Shown: positions 9,418 to 19,189, counted from the stretch's first letter. The stretch: 64,000 nt of DNA from Candidatus Magasanikbacteria bacterium RIFOXYC2_FULL_42_28 (GCA_001784435.1 MFQZ01000001.1:16032-80031); one strand, 5' to 3'. Made by a program: numbers and translations. Notes: generated by a model not told the origin, from the letters alone.

Positions 9418-9900
9418 TTACTCACTTTTTTGGCTAATTTCAGCTAAATTATCAGGCAAAATAACTACTCTATACACCCAAAATTTATACAAAAAGAAAT
9501 TCCAACTGACCGCAAAAATAACATTTAAAGTCCGCAATATTAAATAGGCAACATCTACTGTGTGGACACCAAACCCTAACGGCCATGATACACCCACCGC
9601 GTCTATCCACAACCACATCCACGCAATTGAAAAAAAATAATTGGCAATTAATAACATAATAAATCTTTTCATCTGACGCGTGGTGTTACCGCTGGATTTA
9701 AAAGACCAAAATTTATGCGCGTAAAACACATAAACAACCACAACAATTTGCCCCAGCGCCACCGCGATTGTCGGTTTTAATTTTAAAAATTCTTTAAAAA
9801 ATATCAAAACGAGAATATCCAAAACAAACGCGCTGCTACCGGCGAGAAAATAATTAATAAAACGATGAACGTAAAGATAGTTGTAAAGTTTTTTAAACAC
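9418..9900 (-). CDS. GtrA-family membrane protein (polysaccharide/glycolipid flippase accessory)
   Basis: 160 aa, four predicted TM helices, size and hydropathy typical of GtrA-like proteins. Confidence 0.5.
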   Translation of the reverse strand: MFKKLYNYLYVHRFINYFLAGSSAFVLDILVLIFFKEFLKLKPTIAVALGQIVVVVYVFYAHKFWSFKSSGNTTRQMKRFIMLLIANYFFSIAWMWLWIDAVGVSWPLGFGVHTVDVAYLILRTLNVIFAVSWNFFLYKFWVYRVVILPDNLAEISQKSE

Positions 9901-9902
9901 AA

Positions 9903-11753
9903 TTATTCTAAAATCGCTTTAATCCTACGCACCCCGGCCGAAACCGCTTCTTCTTTCGTAATTTTAAACTTGCCCAAAGTACCAGTGTGCTCCACATGCG
10001 GTCCGCCACAAATTTCACGGCTAAAAGTTAAAGAATTTTCATGGACATGCGCCGGTTCACCGGGATCGCCGATAGTGTACACTTTTACTTTGGCTTCATA
10101 TTTATCACCAAATAATCCAATCGCACCTTTTTTGCCCGCTTCCTCGACTGACATTTCGGCAAACGAGACATTATAATCGTGACTAATAGCGTAATTTAAC
10201 AATTCCTCCACGCGCTTTTTTTGTTCATCGGTTAATTTTTCCGGATGTGAAAAATCAAAACGCAGGCGTTCGGCGGTAATATTACTCCCCTTTTGTTCCA
10301 CATGCTTACCCAAAACTTCGCGCAAAACCGCGTGGAGTAAATGCGTGGCAGTATGGTATTTGGTGGACATCTCACTGTGATCGGCCAAGCCACCGGCAAA
10401 TTTTTGCTCAGCGCCAGCGCGCGATAATTCTTGATGTGCTTTGAAAGCGGTTTCAAATCCATTCACATCTACTTTCAAACCATTTTCGTTCGCCAACTCC
10501 AAAGTCATTTCTAACGGAAAACCGTAACTCTCAAATAAACGAAACGCTTGCTTGCCGGAAATTTCGCTTACCACTTTGCCGGTTTTTTCCAGCGCGATTC
10601 TAAAACCATCCAATAATTTTTCCAATTCTTTTAAACCACTCTCAATCGTATTTCTAAATTTACTTTCTTCTTGGGCGATTTCGTTTAAAACAAATTCGCG
10701 ATTACGATTAACTTCCGGATAAACATCGGTAAAAATTTTAATTACCACTTCGGCAATTTGCGAACAGAAATTTTCTTTTAACCCCAAATTTCGTCCATGG
10801 CGAACTGCGCGCCGAATTAACCGGCGTACAATATACCCCTGATCAACATTGCTTGGCGCAACGCCTCGGTCATCGCCCATGATCATCGTGGCCGTGCGAA
10901 TGTGGTCGGCGATAATACGCATTGATTTGGTAATTTCCGGTGATTCAATATATTCGCGTCCGGAAATTGATTCTATTTTTTGGATTATCGGCCAAAAAGT
11001 GTCGATTTGAAAAACATCAGAAAATCCATTTAATACTACGAGTGTGCGTTCCAAGCCCATACCGGTATCAACATTTTTTTGCGTGAGTGGAACATATTTG
11101 CCTTCGGCGTTTTTATTATACTGCATGAAGACATCATTCCAAATTTCCAACCAATTATCTTCGTCAGTCGCCGGGTTACTGGACTCCGGCGGAAATTCAC
11201 TCTTACCCATCCAAAAAAACATCTCCGTATCCGGACCGCACGGGCCGGTTTGTCCGGCCGGACCCCACCAGTTATTAACCCTTGACAAAAAGGCGATTTT
11301 GTGCATTGGCACACCCAAGTTTTCCCAAATTTTGGCTGATTGCTCATCTTTGGGCGCGTTCTCATCTCCCAAAAATACCGAAACGGCCAGTTTGCGCTTA
11401 TCCAAGCCCAGCCACATTTCGGATGTTAAAAATTCCCAACTCCATTCAATGGCTTCTTGTTTAAAATAATCACCCAGCGACCAATTTCCCATCATTTCAA
11501 AAAAAGTATCATGACGATTGTCCCCCACCTCGTCAATATCTTGCGTGCGAATACATTTTTGGACATTGGCCAAACGTTTACCCTCCGGATGTGTCTCCCC
11601 CATTAAATATGGTACCAGCGGATGCATACCGGCCGTGGTAAACAAAACCGTCGGATCATTTTCCGGAATCAAAGGCGCGGACGCGATAATGGCGTGATTT
11701 TTGCTTTTGAAAAAATCCAAATATTTTTGACGAAGTTCGTGGGATGTGATCAT
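9903..11753 (-). CDS. alaS: Alanine--tRNA ligase, short form lacking C-Ala domain
   Basis: Class II aaRS core (FTTAGMHP, GNWSLGDYFK), editing-domain HxxxH (HTATHLLHAVL) and CGGPHV motifs; 616 aa vs ~870 aa for canonical AlaRS. Confidence 0.9.
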   Translation of the reverse strand: MITSHELRQKYLDFFKSKNHAIIASAPLIPENDPTVLFTTAGMHPLVPYLMGETHPEGKRLANVQKCIRTQDIDEVGDNRHDTFFEMMGNWSLGDYFKQEAIEWSWEFLTSEMWLGLDKRKLAVSVFLGDENAPKDEQSAKIWENLGVPMHKIAFLSRVNNWWGPAGQTGPCGPDTEMFFWMGKSEFPPESSNPATDEDNWLEIWNDVFMQYNKNAEGKYVPLTQKNVDTGMGLERTLVVLNGFSDVFQIDTFWPIIQKIESISGREYIESPEITKSMRIIADHIRTATMIMGDDRGVAPSNVDQGYIVRRLIRRAVRHGRNLGLKENFCSQIAEVVIKIFTDVYPEVNRNREFVLNEIAQEESKFRNTIESGLKELEKLLDGFRIALEKTGKVVSEISGKQAFRLFESYGFPLEMTLELANENGLKVDVNGFETAFKAHQELSRAGAEQKFAGGLADHSEMSTKYHTATHLLHAVLREVLGKHVEQKGSNITAERLRFDFSHPEKLTDEQKKRVEELLNYAISHDYNVSFAEMSVEEAGKKGAIGLFGDKYEAKVKVYTIGDPGEPAHVHENSLTFSREICGGPHVEHTGTLGKFKITKEEAVSAGVRRIKAILE

Positions 11754-11812
11754 ATTTTAATTTCAGATTTTAGATTTATGATTTCAGATTTGTATCTAAA
11801 TTATGCAAGTAT

Positions 11813-13324
11813 TTAATTTATCTTTAACAATTTTTTCGCCTCTTCTCGACCAAAATTAAATTCCACCCAGCTGGCATCAGACGACAAAATTTTTAGCAGA
11901 TTATATTTATATTTAAACGCCGCTCCCGCAAAATCTTTGGGGAAGTCCTCGTCGTTTGTATAAAATTTTGAATAGGAAACCTGCTCTTTGGTAAACCCAC
12001 GGTCAAACGCCCGCTTGATTTCCGGCAAAGCATCCACGGAAAGCCCGCTAAGCAAATATGATAAATCCAAATTTTTCTGTTCACCGGCAATCATCCTGTC
12101 TACATTTTTACGCGCGATTATTTTATCAACATTTAAACTGGCCACCAAAGTAAAGGCCAATAACCCCAAAACCAAATACAAACCAAACAGCCGACGAAAT
12201 TCAACTTTAAAAATCACCGCAATAAAATAAATCGCTTGAACCAAAATTACCAAATATATAAACCATTCCACGTAAAGGCGCAAAACCGTAAAACCATACG
12301 CATCTTGATACAAATTCATGCGTTTTAAGGCGGACAACGCGACCAGACACACTTGCGCTGACAAAAATAACTGCAAAAATCCCATGAGCCGGGCGCCATT
12401 ATGCGCGCAATAGGACCGATACACGTAAAACAAAAGCGCGAAAGAAATAACCAAAACCCCAACCAACTGGAAAAAACCTTGCCGAGCGTATTTGGCGTAA
12501 GTCAATCCGTTTTGCAAAACAAATTCGCTTGAGCCGAAAAGATATTTGATTTGAATGATTACAAACAGTAAAAATAGCGCGTTAATAAGCCCAAGCACGA
12601 TGCTCGCGATAAAATTATCATGCGCCTTTACTTTATTTACATATTCAAGTAAGGAATGTTCGCGAGACAGTGTCGCGTAAAACAGTCCAGAAAGAAAAAC
12701 AAAAATCACGAACCCGCGCAAAACCCGCCCCACCGCCGCGGGCGTAATGTTAATTTTAAAAACATTATCCAACAAATCCGCGAATATCCGATCCGCACTG
12801 TAAAACAACACGCCGAATAATAATAAAATCGGAAAAGCGATAAGAAGCGCGGTAGCAATTTTTTTATAATTTTTACTGGGTACGGAATTAGATTGCGACA
12901 AATCTTTATACACCAACACCATCTTGCCGAACCACAAAGCAAAATTACGCAAAACCGGAATATTTAATAATTTGAATTTATATCCGGCCGGATTGTGTAA
13001 AGTCGCCAAAACAAACAATAAAACTGATAAAATAAACACCACCCACGGCACTGCCATTTTTACCAAAGCGTTATTGTATAAAACCACATCAAAACTCAAT
13101 ATCAAAATTGGCAAGGTTAGAAGCAAAGCCAATTTTTGACGTAATTGATTGGTGATAAACGCCAAGGCCAAAAACGCGTAAATAAAAACAAACACAAAAA
13201 CAAACCAACCTAAGCCGAGTTGGCGATTGTTGAAAAATACATCAAAAAATATCGCGGCCAAAAGCGCCAAGGCGATATAGGCCAAACGAGACCAACGTTT
13301 ATCGTGAATATTTTCGTGAAACAT
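11813..13324 (-). CDS. Polytopic integral membrane protein, unknown function
   Basis: 503 aa, >=10 hydrophobic segments; no recognisable catalytic motif. Confidence 0.4.
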   Translation of the reverse strand: MFHENIHDKRWSRLAYIALALLAAIFFDVFFNNRQLGLGWFVFVFVFIYAFLALAFITNQLRQKLALLLTLPILILSFDVVLYNNALVKMAVPWVVFILSVLLFVLATLHNPAGYKFKLLNIPVLRNFALWFGKMVLVYKDLSQSNSVPSKNYKKIATALLIAFPILLLFGVLFYSADRIFADLLDNVFKINITPAAVGRVLRGFVIFVFLSGLFYATLSREHSLLEYVNKVKAHDNFIASIVLGLINALFLLFVIIQIKYLFGSSEFVLQNGLTYAKYARQGFFQLVGVLVISFALLFYVYRSYCAHNGARLMGFLQLFLSAQVCLVALSALKRMNLYQDAYGFTVLRLYVEWFIYLVILVQAIYFIAVIFKVEFRRLFGLYLVLGLLAFTLVASLNVDKIIARKNVDRMIAGEQKNLDLSYLLSGLSVDALPEIKRAFDRGFTKEQVSYSKFYTNDEDFPKDFAGAAFKYKYNLLKILSSDASWVEFNFGREEAKKLLKIN

Positions 13325-13329
13325 ATAAA

Positions 13330-14697
13330 TTATTGAATACCTGGTTTGTAATTAAAAAAATCAACAAACACATTTGATATATTAAGTAGCGGAAAATTTT
13401 CCGATGGGTACGCCACCCAAACTTTGGGCTGATAGCTCATCACAATGCTAAAAGCATTACGATATGACTCCTCAAACGAAACCATGCCATTGAGCAAAGA
13501 TTTATCATCTTCTTGAGTCGGTGCGATATCACTATTCAACCTGGCACCAATTTTTAAATTGACAAAACTTCCATAATTAATCATTTGATCGTGCATACTC
13601 TGCAACCCCGCCGTCTCCGCATTAAGATTATTGAGACGCTTAATCTCACTTCTTATAACAGATAAATTTGATTGGTAATGGGAATCAAATTCACCCAAAT
13701 TATTCATGTAAGAAATTACATTTCCATGTGAGTTTACAATTTCTTTTCGTTTAAAAAAATCTGCGTCAATTTTATTCAATGCGTCTTCGGCTTTACCATT
13801 TTTATATAAAAGGTCAGAAGCATCACGCGCATCAACTAATTTTGACACCCCCGTTTGAAACAAATTGTATTGAGGCGATACGTCAAAATTTTTCACAGCC
13901 AAATCGTCAACTGTGGTTTTTAAAGTAACTAATCTCTTTTTATAATCGACTATACTTTCATCCGCACTCTTTAAAACTCGAGCCCATTTCACAGCATACT
14001 CTAACGCCGGCCGCGATATATTTATTTTTGCAACCAAATCCTTCAAATTATCGACATTAATAGTAAGCAGTTCATTGTCTTCTTTAATGCCTTGAATTTT
14101 GGAATAAACAACATCCAATGCCGCCAAATTTTCTTTTACACCGGCCGGTGCCGCTACGCCGCGTTTTTCTATAAGATTTTCCAATTGATGTTTATACCAA
14201 AGTAAATCGCGACGCATGAATGAAAGTCTTTTTTTCAATGCCGGAATAAAATTATAATAATCCAAATCAACTGATAATGAAGTTAATTTATCCTGTATTT
14301 CTGACGCGGTAAAGCACTGGATTCCTTTTATTTGTTTGTTGGGATTTTTTAATACTTCTACGCCATATCTTATCTTCGCTAAATCAAATATGATTGGATC
14401 ATAAATGACAGCGCCAAAACTCTCTATACTTAAACGTTTATCATTTAATTCTTTTAGTGCATCCTCCATTTCAACAATCGTCATTTGTTTTTTTTCAGGT
14501 TGCAGTTGAGTAGTAGAGACAATACTGGTGATTTCCGCTAGCGCAATTTGATTCGTATCGGAAAAATTAGCAACTAAATTTGCCTGCTTTGAGTATCTAA
14601 ATACCAAAACTAAAATTATTACAAATAAAACTAATATTGGCACAAAAAACGTAAATACCACCACCAATTTCTTGTTCATAAAATTTCGGATTAACAC
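13330..14697 (-). CDS. Hypothetical protein with N-terminal TM anchor and extended helical/coiled-coil region
   Basis: N-terminal hydrophobic segment (VVVFTFFVPILVLFVIILVLVF) followed by charged helical sequence. Confidence 0.35.
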   Translation of the reverse strand: MLIRNFMNKKLVVVFTFFVPILVLFVIILVLVFRYSKQANLVANFSDTNQIALAEITSIVSTTQLQPEKKQMTIVEMEDALKELNDKRLSIESFGAVIYDPIIFDLAKIRYGVEVLKNPNKQIKGIQCFTASEIQDKLTSLSVDLDYYNFIPALKKRLSFMRRDLLWYKHQLENLIEKRGVAAPAGVKENLAALDVVYSKIQGIKEDNELLTINVDNLKDLVAKINISRPALEYAVKWARVLKSADESIVDYKKRLVTLKTTVDDLAVKNFDVSPQYNLFQTGVSKLVDARDASDLLYKNGKAEDALNKIDADFFKRKEIVNSHGNVISYMNNLGEFDSHYQSNLSVIRSEIKRLNNLNAETAGLQSMHDQMINYGSFVNLKIGARLNSDIAPTQEDDKSLLNGMVSFEESYRNAFSIVMSYQPKVWVAYPSENFPLLNISNVFVDFFNYKPGIQ

Positions 14698-14706
14698 AGA
14701 ACTACG

Positions 14707-16020
14707 TCATTTACTCAAGATTTCTCCCCCACCCAAACATTCGCCTTTCAAGTAAAAAACAGCAAATTGCCCTGGAGTGACGGCGCGTTGGGGTTTGGTG
14801 AATTTGACGACGAGAGATTGCTCCCCGTATCGTGAGTACGGGGCAGGCTGTCGCTCGGAATGACAACTGGTTACGACACAATCTTGCAATTCTTGACGAT
14901 GACGGAGCCGTACTTTACATTTTAGCGGTAATTTTGGGGTTTGTCCAGCGAGCCAGTTTATGCCCGAGACAGTTATTTCTTTTTTAAATAAAAGTGGATC
15001 GTCGTTTGTGCCGACGATTATGGTGTTGTTTTTTGGGTTTTTTTCGATAACGAACAGTGGTTTTTGTTCCCGGGTGATTGCTCCCACCACCCCCTCGCCC
15101 CCTCCTCGGGCAGGAGGGGAGAAACGAACGCCGACGCGTTCGCCGATGGTGTAAAACGGCAGGCCATCATGTTCACCCAATAATTCGCCACTCGTGGAAA
15201 TAATTTTCCCCGGCTTGGCTTTTACTTTTCCTTTTAAAAATTCTCGCATTGGCATTTCGCCGACAAAACAAATTCCCATGCTTTCGGCTTTATCGGCCGT
15301 GGGTAAATTAAATTTTTTTGCGAGTGCGCGCACTTCAAGTTTAGTGTAACCGCCAATTGGAAAAAGTGTTTTACTTAATTGTTTTTGGGTGAGTTGGTTT
15401 AAGAAATAAGTTTGGTCTTTGTTGGTGTCGGCGGATTGTAATAATTTACAGGCGACTTTGGGACAGAGATCCCGACTTTCGTCGGGATGACAAGTGACGG
15501 GCTTGCCCGGCGTAACGCAGTGAAGCCGGGCGTAATGTCCCGTCGCGAGTTTATCAAAACCTAACTTTTGCGCTTTTTCTAACCAGGCGCCAAATTTTAC
15601 AAATTTATTACATAAAATATCCGGGTTGGGCGTACGGCCGGCAGAATATTGTTTGTAACAATAATCTAACACCATTTTTTTATATTCTTTGACAAAATCC
15701 AAACGGAGTAATGGTATTTTTAATTTCGCGGCCACACGGAGGGCGTCTTGATAATCGGCGTGCCAGCAGGGCTCCGTTCCGACTACGTCGGAACTACGCC
15801 CTGTAAACACACTACCAGAAAAACTTGCCGGGCGTAGTCCAGAGGACGAAGCCCAACTTGTGGGGCGTAGCCGTTCAGGCGAAGCCCCATAATTAACCAT
15901 AAAAGCACCGGTCACATCATAACCAGCTTTTACGAGCAAGGCCGCGGCAACGCTTGAATCCACTCCGCCGGACATTGCGACCAAAATTTTTTCTTTTCTT
16001 TTACTGGCCATACTGACCAT
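14707..16020 (-). CDS. mnmA: tRNA-specific 2-thiouridylase MnmA carrying in-frame GC-rich insertions
   Basis: PP-loop SGGVDSSV, GRTPNPDILCNKFVKF catalytic Cys region, C-terminal PQRAVTPGQFAVFY...CLGGGEI all match MnmA; three GC-rich palindromic segments add ~30, ~10 and ~10 residues relative to E. coli MnmA (from memory). Confidence 0.85.
   Translation of the reverse strand: MVSMASKRKEKILVAMSGGVDSSVAAALLVKAGYDVTGAFMVNYGASPERLRPTSWASSSGLRPASFSGSVFTGRSSDVVGTEPCWHADYQDALRVAAKLKIPLLRLDFVKEYKKMVLDYCYKQYSAGRTPNPDILCNKFVKFGAWLEKAQKLGFDKLATGHYARLHCVTPGKPVTCHPDESRDLCPKVACKLLQSADTNKDQTYFLNQLTQKQLSKTLFPIGGYTKLEVRALAKKFNLPTADKAESMGICFVGEMPMREFLKGKVKAKPGKIISTSGELLGEHDGLPFYTIGERVGVRFSPPARGGGEGVVGAITREQKPLFVIEKNPKNNTIIVGTNDDPLLFKKEITVSGINWLAGQTPKLPLKCKVRLRHRQELQDCVVTSCHSERQPAPYSRYGEQSLVVKFTKPQRAVTPGQFAVFYLKGECLGGGEILSK
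14805..14866. repeat. GC-rich palindromic element inside mnmA 3' region (family related to 17731-17835)
   Basis: tgacgacgagag...ccccgtatcgtgagtacgggg hairpin...gtcgctcggaatgacaa; right end nearly identical to cctcgctcgggatgacaa at 17810-17832. Confidence 0.5.
15099..15119. repeat. Perfect GC hairpin cccctcct-cgggc-aggagggg inside mnmA coding sequence
   Basis: 8-bp G/C stem in a gene that is otherwise AT-rich; encodes the extra PPARGGGEG segment. Confidence 0.5.
15771..15890. repeat. GC-rich palindromic insertion inside mnmA 5' region
   Basis: ccgactacgtcgg palindrome and ggactacgccc...gggcgtagtcc inverted repeat; motif tccgacTacgtcgga resembles attccgacGacgaagga of the 17731 element. Confidence 0.5.
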
Positions 16021-16055
16021 TATATTACATTTTCAGGCAAAAATCAAGATAAAAC

Positions 16056-16086
16056 AAAAAACCACGCCTTTTAAAACGTGGTTTTT
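16056..16086 (-). terminator. Rho-independent terminator downstream of DUF805 gene
   Basis: accacg-N12-cgtggt stem followed by T-run on minus strand. Confidence 0.55.
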
Positions 16087-16096
16087 AAGAACAAAA

Positions 16097-16483
16097 TTAC
16101 ATACTTGCCGGAGCCGATGGCGTGGCGCCAGCACCTTTTGGACTGGGACCGTATTGATTATCGCCCGGCTTACTATCTAGAACTGTTAAGACGAAAAACC
16201 AAATACCGCCGACGAGCGGAATCAAATTTATAAAAATCCACCAACCGCTTTTACCAACATCGTGTAAACGACGAACAGTCAAAGCCCAACTTGGCACGGC
16301 TATCGCCAAAGCATATGATACATACAAACCATATCCTACTGTATAGGAAACTGCGGTTGTGCCACCATAAAATAACACGGCTACGATCACGGTATTTATT
16401 AACGCGAACATCCAATACTCCGCCCGGCTAGCCCGCCCGCTAAACACTGCGTATTTTTTTAAAACGTCTATATACCAATGCAT
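16097..16483 (-). CDS. DUF805-family inner membrane protein
   Basis: FSGRASRAEYWMF signature and 3-4 TM helices typical of DUF805 (YhaH-like). Confidence 0.65.
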   Translation of the reverse strand: MHWYIDVLKKYAVFSGRASRAEYWMFALINTVIVAVLFYGGTTAVSYTVGYGLYVSYALAIAVPSWALTVRRLHDVGKSGWWIFINLIPLVGGIWFFVLTVLDSKPGDNQYGPSPKGAGATPSAPASM

Positions 16484-16501
16484 ATTGATATTGTTAAATT
16501 G

Positions 16502-16571
16502 ATTGATGCGATGGGCGCATCCTAATTTAAATATATATTTAAATATATATTCAAGTATATACTTGAATATA
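16502..16571. promoter_or_regulatory. Cluster of three palindromes upstream of DUF805 gene (gatgcg-N5-cgcatc; ATTTAAATATATATTTAAAT; TATATTCAAGTATATACTTGAATATA)
   Basis: Perfect 20-nt and 26-nt AT palindromes; the 28-nt string atcctaatttaaatatatatttaaata is repeated at 54616-54643 and the core at 47478-47503. Confidence 0.45.
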
Positions 16572-16637
16572 TACAGAAACTTGCCTACCGGTAAGCAAAT
16601 TATAATTGTAAACAGTTTAATTATACCACAAACTAAT

Positions 16638-17711
16638 CTAATTGGCTACTAATTCTTCAATAATCTTTATCACCTGTTCCGGTTTGGCAATCGGTAAAAC
16701 TTCATGTAACCTCTGTCCAAGCGAAGCGCGTTTGTCCGGGTTATTAATTAATTCCTTAACCATTTGGGTTAATTTAAGCCCGCTATCGTGGGTTTCGTCT
16801 AATGCCAATACCGCGTTTTGGGAGCTTAATTTTTTCACGTTTTCTTCTTGGTGCGTGCCGTTCATCGGAATTAAAATAGCCGCTTTTTTTAAAGCGGCGA
16901 GCTCGGTAATCGTAGCAAATCCGGCGCGCGCCACTACCACGTCAGCCGCCGCGTAGGCAGAAGACATCTCGCTTGTAAAAAATTTATAAACATGATAATT
17001 GGAAAAAACATTTACGGCGCGTTCGTTTAATTCCGCCGGACGCTCACGACCGATCAAATGAATAACCTCATAATCACGTGGCCAACCACCGACACTTTCC
17101 ATAATTAATTTATTAACCGTCATAGATCCGGTACCGCCACCTAACGCAAAAATAACCGGCCCCGTGGCTGATAGGCCAAATTGCTTACGCCCTTGCGCCA
17201 CATCACAAGTTAAATCCCGCGCCGGGTTGCCCAACCACTGCGTTTTATGAGCGGGAAATTTACTAACAGTTTCTTGTAAAGCGGTAGTAATTTTGTCCGC
17301 GGCTCTGGCCATCAAACGATTGGCAAGCCCGGGGACGACATCTTGCTGGTGAATCCAAGTTGGAATTCCGAGTAACCACCCGGCCCAATGCAACGGCACA
17401 CTCACAAATCCCCCACCGGAAATTAATAAATCCGGTTTTTCTTGCCACAAAAAAAACAAAGAATTAAAAAACGCTAAAATAATTTTAAAAATATCAATAA
17501 TATTCCATAACGAAAAATACCGGCGCCATTTGCCGGCAATAATCGTATAAAACGAAAGGCCGCTTTCTTTTACCAATTCTTTTTCCGGACCATTTTTCGT
17601 CCCCACCCAAATAAATTCCGCGCCCGAATTATGACGCTTATAAATTTCGGCAATGGCCAAAAGCGGTACGACCGGCCCCAGTGTTCCACCACCGGACAAA
17701 ATTATTTTCAT
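16638..17711 (-). CDS. murG: Undecaprenyldiphospho-muramoylpentapeptide beta-N-acetylglucosaminyltransferase MurG
   Basis: GT28 N-terminal ILSGGGTLGPVVPLLAIAE and C-terminal GGGTGS...donor-binding region. Confidence 0.8.
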   Translation of the reverse strand: MKIILSGGGTLGPVVPLLAIAEIYKRHNSGAEFIWVGTKNGPEKELVKESGLSFYTIIAGKWRRYFSLWNIIDIFKIILAFFNSLFFLWQEKPDLLISGGGFVSVPLHWAGWLLGIPTWIHQQDVVPGLANRLMARAADKITTALQETVSKFPAHKTQWLGNPARDLTCDVAQGRKQFGLSATGPVIFALGGGTGSMTVNKLIMESVGGWPRDYEVIHLIGRERPAELNERAVNVFSNYHVYKFFTSEMSSAYAAADVVVARAGFATITELAALKKAAILIPMNGTHQEENVKKLSSQNAVLALDETHDSGLKLTQMVKELINNPDKRASLGQRLHEVLPIAKPEQVIKIIEELVAN

Positions 17712-17730
17712 AATGAGTTACAAAGACCAC

Positions 17731-17835
17731 CTGTCATTCCGACGACGAAGGAGGAATCTCTATCCCGTTGGACAATTTTACGGAAAAATGGAGATCCCTC
17801 GTCGGCGCGAGCCTCGCTCGGGATGACAAATGACA
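17731..17835. repeat. GC-rich imperfect palindromic element in rpoD-murG spacer
   Basis: tgtcattccgacgacgaagg ... cctcgtcggcgcgagcctcgctcgggatgacaaatgacaa; arms pair with 1-2 mismatches; related copies embedded in mnmA. Confidence 0.5.
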
Positions 17836-17837
17836 AA

Positions 17838-19181
17838 TTATAAGTAATCTCTCAACTTAGAAATCAAATCCGTGCCTTGAATTTTTTCCAAGGCCTTGGC
17901 CTCAATTTGGCGAATACGTTCGCGCGTAACACCAAATTCATTGCCGACCTCTTCCAAAGTGTGGGTAACACCATCGCCTAAACCAAAGCGCATTTCCAAG
18001 ATTTTCTGCTCGCGTGGCGCTAATGTTTGCACCACCTGTTTCACGTAATCGCGCAAAATTTGCAAACCGGCCGCGCGTGATGGCGAAATATTTTTGACAT
18101 CTTCAATAAAATCAGCCAATTGTGTATCTTCGTCATCATCGCCCACCGCGGCTTCCAAAGAAACCGTTTCCTGCGAAATTTTCATGATGTGGGTAATTTT
18201 TTCCACCTCTTCACCCATTTCCGCGGCTAATTCTTCCGGAGTCGGATCGCGCCCTAAGTCCTGCGTCAAACGGCGCTGGACTTGCTGGAAGCGATTGATT
18301 GTTTCCACCATATGCACCGGAATCCTGATCGTGCGTGATTGATCGGCCAGCGCGCGAGTGATGGCTTGGCGAATCCACCAAGTGGCATAGGTGGAAAATT
18401 TATAACCCTTGCGATAGTCAAATTTTTTAACAGCGCGAAACAAACCGATGTTGCCCTCTTGAATTAAATCCAAAAGCGACAAACTTTTGCCCACAAATTT
18501 TTTGGCAATTGATACCACTAAACGTAAGTTGGCTTCAATTAATTTGCGCTCCGCCGCCTGTTCGCCTCTTTCTTTGCGTTTGGCCAATGATACTTCTTGC
18601 TCGCCGGTAAGCAAAGGAATTTTACCAATTTCCCGCAAATACATTTGAATTGAGTCCGAAGAAATTTCGCCTAAATCAAACGGCGTGTCCATATCCGGCT
18701 GGCTGCCTTGGAATTCTTTTAAAATCGCGCCGTGTTCTTTTTTCGCGCCCAAAATTCCGGTCGCCGCTTCAACAATGGCGACACCATTTTTTTCAAAAGC
18801 CGCGAGTAGTCCTTCGTATAAATCCAAATAGCACTCCGGCCGAGGCAAGAATGTTAACAATTCCACTTCGGTAACAAATCCCCGGCTCCGGCCTTTGGCC
18901 ACGAGCGTCCATAGTTGTTCCACGGTTGGCTCCACCACTATTTCCGGTTCAACTTTTTTAGCTTTTTGTAATTTAAAAAATTTTTTCTTTTTATTTTTCA
19001 ATAAAAAATGCGCCCGCGCGCGGGTGTGTTTGGCAGTTGATTTTTTGTCGACCGTGGGCTTGGCTTTTTTTTGAACAATTTTACGCTGTCCAATTTTTTT
19101 GGCTTTCGTGGCCGTCTTTTTAGACGGGCGAGCCGAAGTTTTGGATTTCTGATTTTTCAATTTTTTCCCCCGCTTGATCAT
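17838..19181 (-). CDS. rpoD: RNA polymerase sigma factor RpoD (sigma-70) with Lys-rich N-terminal extension
   Basis: Regions 1.2-4 conserved: [40 protein letters not shown]; C-terminal region 4 HTH. Confidence 0.9.
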   Translation of the reverse strand: MIKRGKKLKNQKSKTSARPSKKTATKAKKIGQRKIVQKKAKPTVDKKSTAKHTRARAHFLLKNKKKKFFKLQKAKKVEPEIVVEPTVEQLWTLVAKGRSRGFVTEVELLTFLPRPECYLDLYEGLLAAFEKNGVAIVEAATGILGAKKEHGAILKEFQGSQPDMDTPFDLGEISSDSIQMYLREIGKIPLLTGEQEVSLAKRKERGEQAAERKLIEANLRLVVSIAKKFVGKSLSLLDLIQEGNIGLFRAVKKFDYRKGYKFSTYATWWIRQAITRALADQSRTIRIPVHMVETINRFQQVQRRLTQDLGRDPTPEELAAEMGEEVEKITHIMKISQETVSLEAAVGDDDEDTQLADFIEDVKNISPSRAAGLQILRDYVKQVVQTLAPREQKILEMRFGLGDGVTHTLEEVGNEFGVTRERIRQIEAKALEKIQGTDLISKLRDYL

Positions 19182-19189
19182 AAAAAAAT

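Noticed and set aside
11754-11812. Direct repeats atttcagatttt in the alaS upstream spacer
   Set aside because: Only two short AT-rich copies. Likely simple promoter-region low complexity. Not enough to call an element.
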